A stretch of DNA of 64,000 bases, taken from Actinomycetota bacterium (GTDB taxonomy: Bacteria; Actinomycetota; Actinomycetes; Nanopelagicales; Nanopelagicaceae). The stretch covers positions 49,212 through 113,211 of the forward strand of contig WLOP01000004.1 of the NCBI GenBank assembly GCA_009699205.1, written 5' to 3'. The notes beneath the pieces are model-generated. The model saw only the letters and a list, made by a program, of their open reading frames with translations, did not search any database and was not told the DNA's origin. Numbering within the stretch: the first letter of the stretch is position 1; the number at the start of each line of letters is the position of its first letter. The translations under genes and the position numbers were made by a program. Shown one piece after another: positions 29,395 through 37,139 of this stretch.

Positions 29395-30170
29395 TAGGCA
29401 GCTCCTTCAATCGTAGATTTAGCAGTAAGCCAAGCGTCGTAATCTGCCTGGCTCAATACATGCACCTTTGTCTGCATATACGCGTGGAGCAACCCGCAAA
29501 GTTCGGCGCATCGAATATCAAAGACGCCAATCTTGTTTGGGGTAACAGCGGTCTCTGTGACATAGCCAGGATTTGCATCCATCTTGATTCCCATTTGCAC
29601 AATCCAAAATGAGTGCTTCACATCAACTGATGTCACGTGAAATACCACTGGCTTATCAACTGGTAGATAAAGATCAGCGCTGCGAACACCATTGCTTTCA
29701 ACGTAATCAAAGTTCCAGACCCATTGCTGGCCGGTGACATTAACGTTCATGGCGGTTGCATCGAGGATAGATTCATTATCTTTCTGCAAAACAACGAGCC
29801 CTGTGATGAGGGCGAAGAGGCAGAGAAGAGTTGAAACAACTACCCACGTCGAAGCTACACGAGGACTATTGGAAATCTGGTGGTCAGCTTCTGCTGGCGG
29901 ATTATCACCATAGTGGCGTTTACCTGAAAGTGAAGTGAGCGCAAGAGCTGCTACTAGAGCTGCGACTGGCGATGCTGCCCAAGTAAAGACACCCATCAAA
30001 GTCTTCACTGATGCCATTACTTCAGATGCAGGGGCACCGATTGAGCGAAGTTGCACTGTCGTTCCGACATATCCAATTATTGGAGTAAGGATTAACCAAA
30101 GGAGGAAAGTTTTTTTGACATCGGATTTCTTCCACCATTTGGTGGTTTGAGGAGTCTGAAGGTTTGTCAT
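29394..30170 (-). CDS. ctaC: cytochrome c oxidase subunit II (CuA)
   Basis: 258 aa with TM segments followed by a cupredoxin domain. The CuA ligands are HSFW ... CAELCGLLHAYM. Confidence 0.93.
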   Translation of the reverse strand: MTNLQTPQTTKWWKKSDVKKTFLLWLILTPIIGYVGTTVQLRSIGAPASEVMASVKTLMGVFTWAASPVAALVAALALTSLSGKRHYGDNPPAEADHQISNSPRVASTWVVVSTLLCLFALITGLVVLQKDNESILDATAMNVNVTGQQWVWNFDYVESNGVRSADLYLPVDKPVVFHVTSVDVKHSFWIVQMGIKMDANPGYVTETAVTPNKIGVFDIRCAELCGLLHAYMQTKVHVLSQADYDAWLTAKSTIEGAA

Positions 30171-30181
30171 TTCGCGCCCCC

Positions 30182-30868
30182 TTATGAATTCACGACGTTG
30201 AAGTGGCCGGACATGTAACCCATGCTTGACATCGCGTTGCCGAATTTAGCAACAGTGCCATCGCCACATGGATATTCGCAGTTCCAGACATACTCGCCTG
30301 CATCACCAGTGATCACTGTAAAGACAGTCACGTTTGGTGTGGCGGTATAACCCTCTTCCGGCATATCTTCTTCTGCTACTGCTTGCATTGGAACGCTAAA
30401 GAAAAGCTCGCTCTGCTTGCTTGCGATTCCATGCACGGTAAATGTGTGGCCAACATGATCAGGAGCAACATTTGTTATGGTTACTCCGTTCAGTGTTGCC
30501 GTTCCGCCAATTGTTCCGCGGACCTTTCCAAAGAAATCGTTATTCAAAGTTTCGCCACCGTCATAGTTTGAAACGGTGATGGTGATGGCCGAATGCGCTG
30601 GGACTTCAAAGTTAGTAACCGGCCCGTAGCTCACCCATCCAGGATGTCCGCCACCAGTACCGTGGCCGCCAAACATCGCATCTGGATATACAGACATATC
30701 TAAGGTGTAGTGGGGCAGCGTGCCTTGCGGAGTTTCCATAGTTCCCGCTGCTGTAGCTGCAAGCACTCGTGAATCATTCTTTGCAGATGCGACATATGTG
30801 CCGATGCCAGCGATTGCCGCTGCGCCAAGAATGACAGTTCCGAGTGCGGCGAATAACCGCTTATTCAT
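30182..30868 (-). CDS. membrane-anchored/secreted cupredoxin-like protein with variant ligand loop
   Basis: The probable start is the ATG at 30868 (MNKRLFAALGTVILGAAAIAG.. anchor). It has a VGHTFTVHG strand and a C-terminal YVWNCEYPCGDG..MSSMGYMSGHFNVV. That tail resembles the cupredoxin Y-x-x-C-x-x-P-H...M-x-G loop, but with C-x3-C-G. It is the first gene of the oxidase operon. Confidence 0.5.
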   Translation of the reverse strand: MNKRLFAALGTVILGAAAIAGIGTYVASAKNDSRVLAATAAGTMETPQGTLPHYTLDMSVYPDAMFGGHGTGGGHPGWVSYGPVTNFEVPAHSAITITVSNYDGGETLNNDFFGKVRGTIGGTATLNGVTITNVAPDHVGHTFTVHGIASKQSELFFSVPMQAVAEEDMPEEGYTATPNVTVFTVITGDAGEYVWNCEYPCGDGTVAKFGNAMSSMGYMSGHFNVVNS

Positions 30869-30961
30869 TTGACCCCCAGTAGTGAGCCACGCCACAGAGG
30901 CGCGCTTAACTTCGCAAGGGTAAGGGCTACTTCCAAGTATTCCAAGCCTATTCTCAGCCTT

Positions 30962-30983
30962 ACGTGAGTGCTAGCCCTCACGT
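30962..30983. promoter_or_regulatory. inverted repeat ACGTGAG-N8-CTCACGT in the divergent oxidase/ctaG control region
   Basis: The 7-bp arms at 30962-30968 and 30977-30983 are perfect. The right arm is part of the 10-bp perfect palindrome CTCACGTGAG (30977-30986). Confidence 0.4.
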
Positions 30984-31064
30984 GAGCCTGAGGTTGTCTT
31001 GCGCCTGCGCCTCTTCTACCGATTGCGCCAGAGGGCTAACCTGCTCACCTATGAGTCACATATG

Positions 31065-31844
31065 GATATGAGCCATGGAGCTAATTTCTGGGCGAGTTGG
31101 CAACTCGCCCCAGAGATCACTGCCCCGCTCCTATTAATTGAATACCTCTATTTACGTTTTGCCCACGCTCACATCCCCCATAGCGATCCCATCGCCCAGC
31201 GCCAACGCCGCTTTTTTCTTGCTGGCCTTACCTCAATCGCCTTAGTAGTCATCACTCCAATTGGTGTTTTCTCGGGTCAATATTTCTGGTGCCATATGGT
31301 TCAGCACGTTACCTTGATGATGATCTCGGGGCCGTTGCTTGTCTTGGGCACGCCTTCTAATTTTCACCCTAAGAATCTGCTTTTCAAAACATTAACCCGC
31401 CCCGTTGTGAGTTGGCTCGTTTATGCGACGCTAATGATCGGCGTGCATCTTCCATTGCCGCACGTCTACATCATGGAACGACCTTGGTTACATAACTACG
31501 TAGAAATTCCAGCGTATTTTATTGTCGCTTACCTTTTCTATTTCAACCTTCTCGATCGCAATTTAGTTGGTAGGCGAATCTCGCCCGCATTTGCAGTCAT
31601 CTCACTATTTCTTATGATGGTTCCTGAAACTCTGACAGGATTCTTTATCTACGCTTCCCCTAAATCGCTTTACCAAAATATGTTCACACTCAGCGACCAA
31701 CAACGTGGTGGATCAATCATGTGGTCGGGTGGAATGATTATTGATGCAGTATGGATTGCATTTGCGGTGCATCATTGGCTAAAAAGTGAAGAACGCCGAT
31801 CGAAAGAAATTGACGCAGAGATTGCCGCTGATGAGCAACGATAA
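31065..31844 (+). CDS. ctaG: cytochrome c oxidase assembly protein (Caa3_CtaG family)
   Basis: It is a polytopic membrane protein with ..YFWCHMVQHVTLMMISGPLLVLGTP.., typical of the Caa3_CtaG family. The ORF starts at 30999 (TTG), but the ATG at 31065 (MDMSHGANFW) is more plausible. Confidence 0.75.
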   Translation, partial: DMSHGANFWASWQLAPEITAPLLLIEYLYLRFAHAHIPHSDPIAQRQRRFFLAGLTSIALVVITPIGVFSGQYFWCHMVQHVTLMMISGPLLVLGTPSNFHPKNLLFKTLTRPVVSWLVYATLMIGVHLPLPHVYIMERPWLHNYVEIPAYFIVAYLFYFNLLDRNLVGRRISPAFAVISLFLMMVPETLTGFFIYASPKSLYQNMFTLSDQQRGGSIMWSGGMIIDAVWIAFAVHHWLKSEERRSKEIDAEIAADEQR

Positions 31845-32181
31845 ACCAGAAAAGAAATTCGAGGCACCGCAGTGGGTGTTAGATGAAAACAATCCAGATC
31901 TTCCCGAACCATCTGCTGAAGTAAGCAAAAAACAGCGGATAGTGCTTGTAATAACGCTGATATTCGTCTTTCCATTTTGTATGTGGGCTGGCTGGTTCGA
32001 ATTCGGCAGAGCTCAAAGTGGGAATTGGCGTGCATGGGTTTACACATTCGAATGGCCATTCTTTGGTGGGATTGCAATTTATCTATTCAGACGACTTATG
32101 CGCGGCGATGTTCCAAAAATTCCTCGTCCAGATCTAGATGCGCTGGCACGAGCCCAAGATGAAGAGGCTAGTGAAAAGTAA
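31831..32181 (+). CDS. small two-TM membrane protein, unknown function
   Basis: The ATG at 31831 (MSNDKPEKK..) overlaps the ctaG stop by 14 nt. The protein has two hydrophobic segments and charged termini. Confidence 0.5.
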   Translation: MSNDKPEKKFEAPQWVLDENNPDLPEPSAEVSKKQRIVLVITLIFVFPFCMWAGWFEFGRAQSGNWRAWVYTFEWPFFGGIAIYLFRRLMRGDVPKIPRPDLDALARAQDEEASEK

Positions 32182-33436
32182 ACCAGAGCATGCAACTTAC
32201 GCAGATTCCCACCATTGCGATGATGAGCGCATAAACGCTTTGCATACGTGCAGAGGCTTTAAATTCACCCATAAGGCGCTTATCTCTAGCAATGCCAAAC
32301 ATGTAACAAAGTAGCGGAAGCAATAACACCGCATTAAGTACTTGAGTCCAGAGCAAAATCGTAATCAACGGAGCGCCAGGCAAAAGAATTAAACCGGCGC
32401 TAATAATCGTGATTGCGGCAAAAGTTCCGTAGAAAAGAGGGGCTTCTTTAAAGTGATCATCTAGGGCCGCAGGGCGCCCTGTTAAATCGCTCACTGAATA
32501 TGCAGTCGATAAAGGCAAAATTGAAGCTGCTAACAGCGCCGCACCAATAAGTCCGATTGCAAATAGCTCTTTAGCGAGCGTTCCAGCAAGTGGCTCGAGT
32601 GCCTGAGCGGCTTGAGATGCATCTGTAATGCTAAATATTCCTTGATGGTTAAGGGTTGCTGCGCAAGTAACAACTACAAAGAAACCGATCACACCAGTTA
32701 GCAACGAACCCGTCCAAACATCAACACGCAAAAGTCGCAAATCATCGCGGGTGAGACGTTTATCAACTGCATAGGACTGAATGAATGCAAGCCCCCATGG
32801 CGCCAAAGTAGTACCAAGAGTTGCTGTTGCTAGGAAGATTGCGTCGTGATCAAAGGGCATCGAAGGTACAACCATGCCGTGTAAGGCCTGGCCCCAATCT
32901 GGATGCGCCAAGAAGCCAGCAAGAATGTAAGAAAGAAATACTGCAGAGAGAAGGAAGAACACTTTCTCAACTCTTCCGAAAGATCCGCGAAGCACTAAGA
33001 AAGTAACAAGGAGTGCTCCGATAGGAACTGAAACGTATTTAGATATTCCGAATAGCTGTCCTGCTGCGGCAATGCCAGCAAACTCTGCTGTCATAGTTCC
33101 AATGTTTGCAAGAATTAATGACGATGCGCTAAAAACACCAGAGCGTGCACCATATTTTTGGCGAACTAAACCAATAAGTCCTTGGCGGGTGACAACGCCA
33201 ATGCGCGCGCCGAGATCTTGAAAAAGAATCAGCGCCAAAGTGGAGAGCACTAAGACCCAGAGAAGTCGGTACCCATATTTAGCGCCGAGTTGCGAATAAG
33301 TGGTAATGCCCGCTGGGTCATCATCTGAAAGTCCGGCAATGATTCCTGGACCCATCACTGCAAGAAGTGCTGCTAAACGAATCTTGCGGTGTGAAATTAC
33401 GGGCGCCTTACTTGGCGCCTTCTTTAGATCGCTCAT
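32168..33436 (-). CDS. NRAMP-fold divalent cation transporter with NRMT-like (Mg-type) binding-site substitutions
   Basis: 422 aa. TM1 reads GPGIIAGLSDDDPAGITTY (DPAG in place of DPGN). TM6 reads GTTLAPWGLAF (LAPW in place of (A/V)MPH). Confidence 0.8.
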   Translation of the reverse strand: MSDLKKAPSKAPVISHRKIRLAALLAVMGPGIIAGLSDDDPAGITTYSQLGAKYGYRLLWVLVLSTLALILFQDLGARIGVVTRQGLIGLVRQKYGARSGVFSASSLILANIGTMTAEFAGIAAAGQLFGISKYVSVPIGALLVTFLVLRGSFGRVEKVFFLLSAVFLSYILAGFLAHPDWGQALHGMVVPSMPFDHDAIFLATATLGTTLAPWGLAFIQSYAVDKRLTRDDLRLLRVDVWTGSLLTGVIGFFVVVTCAATLNHQGIFSITDASQAAQALEPLAGTLAKELFAIGLIGAALLAASILPLSTAYSVSDLTGRPAALDDHFKEAPLFYGTFAAITIISAGLILLPGAPLITILLWTQVLNAVLLLPLLCYMFGIARDKRLMGEFKASARMQSVYALIIAMVGICVSCMLWFTFH

Positions 33437-34773
33437 GCCAGCGCACCGCTTCCTTGAGCAAAGCCCCGGCGTCCAGTGCGCGCGACAAGTGCATCCACCA
33501 AGTCATCGGCCATGATTCGACCCACTGGTTTATTAGATTCATCAACAATCACAATTGAAGAACCTCTGTTATTTGAGAACTCTTCAATGACCTCATCCAG
33601 CGGTGTATCGATATTCACCGCCATGGGCAATGGGGCCCCGATTAAAGTGCTCAAAAGTGCGCTTGATTTCGCTGAAACTAGTTCGATCATTTGAATGTGA
33701 TCGAGTAATTTGCCCTTTGAATCAACGACGACAACGCCATCGGAGATATCACGTTCTCGATTTTCAACTAGAAGTTTAAGAGCGGCTCCGACAGTATCTG
33801 TTTCACGCGCGATGACCATATGTGTTGTCATAACACCACCAGCAAGTGTTTCGTCGAATGAAACAAGTGTGCGAAGAGCTTTTGCAGTTTCTTTCGCCAT
33901 TGCGCTCAAAATAGATTCGCGGTGTTCTTCATCCAAATCACGCAATACTTCTGCTGACTCATCTGGTTCCATGCGTACTATTAATTCGGCAGCGCGATCA
34001 GCAGATAAACCACGAAGTAAGCCAAGCAAATCTTCGTCTTCCATTTCTTCCAAAACGTCGGCCGCGAGATCTGGATCAAGTAATTCGATAAGCGCACCCT
34101 GTTCGCGACCTACTAAATCTTCAATCAAGTCAGCTAAGTCGGCGGGACGCAATTGGCTCAACGCAGAACGTGGACCCGCAGTGCGCACTTGTCCAGTGCT
34201 ATCGGTAAGAGAAGCAACGCTCGCCCAGTCAACTACGCGATCTGGTGTGGGGCGACGGCGAATTGTGCCGGGGAATACTCGGCGCAAAAATGAAACGAAA
34301 GATACATCCACGCCGACAAGGCGGATTTCTCGATCAAGAGGTGCTAAGTAAAGATCGGCAGAGCGGACAACACGCAAACCATTAACATCAACAATTTGGT
34401 GATCAATAACGTCGGCATCGAGCAGTGATTCTCCGGGACGTCGTGTGTATTCGCGCAAATTAACTTTTGTTGAAGAAAGTCGGATTTCGCTTTTTGTTAA
34501 TTTCGAAATGCGAGCGCCATCGATAAATGATTTGCGAGCGCCAACTTTTACAATGAGCCCAGACACCGCTGGATATGTTTCTTCACCGTGACGAACAACA
34601 ATGTCAACAAGTTTTCCTAAATCGCGTCCGTCGTTGTCACGAACCGGACGACCAATAAGGCCAGCAACTGATACAAGTGATTCACGGATATTTTTACGTG
34701 CCAAGACCGATTCCCCGCGAGTAACCAGACGCTTTGCTCGCACAGCAACAGTGGTAATAGGTTTGGCTTTCAC
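33433..34773 (-). CDS. soluble PRC-barrel / MgtE-N / CBS-pair protein (no membrane pore domain)
   Basis: 446 aa with a GTG start. An N-terminal PRC-barrel-like region is followed by an acidic MgtE_N helical bundle (..DPDLAADVLEEMEDEDLLGLLRGL..) and two CBS motifs. There are no TM segments. An ATGA overlap joins it to the transporter gene. Confidence 0.8.
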   Translation of the reverse strand: MKAKPITTVAVRAKRLVTRGESVLARKNIRESLVSVAGLIGRPVRDNDGRDLGKLVDIVVRHGEETYPAVSGLIVKVGARKSFIDGARISKLTKSEIRLSSTKVNLREYTRRPGESLLDADVIDHQIVDVNGLRVVRSADLYLAPLDREIRLVGVDVSFVSFLRRVFPGTIRRRPTPDRVVDWASVASLTDSTGQVRTAGPRSALSQLRPADLADLIEDLVGREQGALIELLDPDLAADVLEEMEDEDLLGLLRGLSADRAAELIVRMEPDESAEVLRDLDEEHRESILSAMAKETAKALRTLVSFDETLAGGVMTTHMVIARETDTVGAALKLLVENRERDISDGVVVVDSKGKLLDHIQMIELVSAKSSALLSTLIGAPLPMAVNIDTPLDEVIEEFSNNRGSSIVIVDESNKPVGRIMADDLVDALVARTGRRGFAQGSGALA

Positions 34774-34925
34774 GCGCTGATTTTAGCCGTCGGGTGGTGG
34801 TAAATGGCGCTAATAATCCAAGGTAGACTTGCCCACGTTGCTTCACCCGAAGCAGTGATCACTTCCCCCAAAGTGCAGCAAATGCCGCACTTACTTGCGA
34901 GTCTTATCACCACCTGACAGGCCCA
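34774..34925 (-). promoter_or_regulatory. structured 5' leader (candidate metal-sensing riboswitch-like element)
   Basis: A closing helix GGUGGUG/CACCACC (34908-34914 with 34793-34799) encloses at least two hairpins, at 34873-34890 and 34839-34854. The first contains a G-U pair that exists only on the minus-strand RNA. The closing helix ends 19 nt before the GTG start. Confidence 0.35.
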
Positions 34926-35045
34926 GCACGACCGGATTGCATTGAATGCAAACCAGCACGACCGCTAGTTGAAGAGATAACTAGCCCGCAACAATTGGCC
35001 AGTCATACCGAGACGCGCTTGTCGTCTCGATTGGTGTCTTAAAAC

Positions 35046-37121
35046 ATGTCCGTGCAACCACGCTCAAAATCCGCTGCGCCTAAACGCGTCAAATCTGACA
35101 AGCCTGCTCGTCGAGGCACAGCAGCAAAAACCTTTTCTCGCGATCGCGAAGAATCAGCAACAGCTGCGCCAGCTAAATCCACGTGGATTAAAGGCACACC
35201 TAAAGCTGGCAAGCTAACAGGTAAAACAACTGCTCGCGCAGGAAGCAAAGCTCCAGCGCGCAAACCAAAACCTTCTGCAACAACTCCTGCAAAGCGCGCC
35301 AAGAACAGCGCACGTTCGATTGATCGCGCCAAGCGTTTTGCTGATACTCGTGGCCCTTCAATAATTCGTACACCTCGTGCCGAGGCAACAGAAACAACGC
35401 CAACAACGCCAACAACGCGTCCAACAAGATTCACACCAGCTCGTCGCGTCGATACACGAGTTGATACTCGTAATGACACGCGTCCAACTACTCGTCGCGA
35501 TGCACGGATTGCTGAAGTTGCCCGCGGAGATGGTCGACCAAACTTTGAACCAAAAAAGCGCACCAAATTTATCCCCGGTGGAAAACGCACAGGCGCACCT
35601 GCAGCCCGCACTTCGACCCGAAGTGCGCACACAGGAATCGCAACGCCTCATAAGGGCTCAACATTTCGTCCAAGTCCTTCACGCAATACAGATCATGTTC
35701 GTGAAAATAATTCTGGTCCACGTTCACATAACGGTCGCGGTTCAGCTAACAATTACTCAAATAGCCAATATGTTGAAGATTTCGGCGCCGATGACAACTA
35801 CATCAACGATGTAGAACAGGAGACCACTGAGGTCGCGCTACATCACAAACCAACTGAAGGTACCGGCAAGACTTGGACCGAACTTGGTATTGCACCAGCA
35901 CTTGTACAGGCGCTCACAGCGCAAGGAATTACTGCACCATTTCCTATTCAAGTTGCCACACTTCCTGATGCACTTAAAGGTCATGACATCTTGGGACGCG
36001 GACAAACAGGATCAGGTAAGACACTTGCATTCGGTCTTGCGCTTCTGACTAATCTCGAAGGTAAACAAGCAGCGCCACATCGCCCACTTGGATTGATTCT
36101 TACCCCAACACGCGAATTAGCACTGCAGATCAACGATGTAATCACGCCTCTTGCGCGTGCAATACGTCTTGATTCTGTTGTTATTGCAGGTGGAATGCCC
36201 TACGCAAAACAGATCACTGCAATGCGCAAGAGCTGCCCAATCCTTGTTGCTACACCTGGTCGCTTGATCGACTTGCTTGATAAGGGCGAAGTACAGCTTG
36301 ATGATCTACAAATCACCATTCTTGATGAAGCCGATCAAATGGCTGACATGGGATTCTTACCAGTGGTTAAGGAAATTCTTGATCAAGCTCGACCAAATGG
36401 CCAGCGTTTGCTTTTCAGTGCAACTCTTGATCGCGGCGTTGATTCTCTTGTCAAAAAATATCTCAATAATCCAAAGACTCACTCGCTACAGAACGATCGC
36501 GCTTCAGTAAGCACAATGGAGCACCATGTTCTTGTGATGCACCCAGGTGACAAGGACGAGATCACTGCTCAAATCGCAGCTCGCGATGGCCGCACAATCT
36601 TGTTCGTGAAAACACAACGTGGAGCAGATCGTCTTGCTGACAAACTTGCCAGCGTTGGTGTAGCCGTCGGTGCACTACACGGTGGAAAATCACAAGCAGT
36701 TCGAACCCGCACCCTTGCACATTTCAAGGCAAGTGAAACTGCAGCCCTTGTTGCAACAGATGTTGCGGCGCGTGGTATCCATGTTGATGGAATCTCATTG
36801 GTTGTGCACGTTGATGCACCAACCGATCACAAGGATTATTTGCACCGCGCTGGTCGAACAGCTCGTGCCGGAGAAGCAGGCGTTGTTGTAACGCTCGCAA
36901 CTTCTAAGCAACAGAGCGCTGTTCGTGGCTTAACATCACGAGCTGGGGTATTTCCTAAGTTTGTTGATGTACGTCCACACCATGCAGAGTTGGTATCAAT
37001 CACTGGCTCTAAAGAGCCAAGCGGAATTGCATACATCGCTCCTGTGATGGCTAGCGATGGACCTCGCCGCACTGGCAAGCCACGTCCTCGCAGTGATCAG
37101 CGTCGCCGTCGCCCAAGATAG
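35046..37121 (+). CDS. DEAD-box ATP-dependent RNA helicase with ~275-aa basic low-complexity N-terminal extension
   Basis: It has the Q-motif region ..FPIQ, motif I GRGQTGSGKT, DEAD (LDEADQM), SAT (FSATL) and motif VI HRAGRTARAG. The N-terminal extension has no internal Met, so the start is uncertain. Confidence 0.85.
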   Translation: MSVQPRSKSAAPKRVKSDKPARRGTAAKTFSRDREESATAAPAKSTWIKGTPKAGKLTGKTTARAGSKAPARKPKPSATTPAKRAKNSARSIDRAKRFADTRGPSIIRTPRAEATETTPTTPTTRPTRFTPARRVDTRVDTRNDTRPTTRRDARIAEVARGDGRPNFEPKKRTKFIPGGKRTGAPAARTSTRSAHTGIATPHKGSTFRPSPSRNTDHVRENNSGPRSHNGRGSANNYSNSQYVEDFGADDNYINDVEQETTEVALHHKPTEGTGKTWTELGIAPALVQALTAQGITAPFPIQVATLPDALKGHDILGRGQTGSGKTLAFGLALLTNLEGKQAAPHRPLGLILTPTRELALQINDVITPLARAIRLDSVVIAGGMPYAKQITAMRKSCPILVATPGRLIDLLDKGEVQLDDLQITILDEADQMADMGFLPVVKEILDQARPNGQRLLFSATLDRGVDSLVKKYLNNPKTHSLQNDRASVSTMEHHVLVMHPGDKDEITAQIAARDGRTILFVKTQRGADRLADKLASVGVAVGALHGGKSQAVRTRTLAHFKASETAALVATDVAARGIHVDGISLVVHVDAPTDHKDYLHRAGRTARAGEAGVVVTLATSKQQSAVRGLTSRAGVFPKFVDVRPHHAELVSITGSKEPSGIAYIAPVMASDGPRRTGKPRPRSDQRRRRPR

Positions 37122-37139
37122 GTGTGGTAGCTGTACTTC

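Noticed and set aside
35039-35814. Long alternative-frame and antisense ORFs over the helicase 5' region (35039-35632 -, 35358-35651 -, 35377-35814 +).
   Set aside because: They are Arg/Gln-rich low-complexity translations. They are produced by the stop-poor composition of the repeat-rich region, have no motifs, and are mutually exclusive with the helicase frame.
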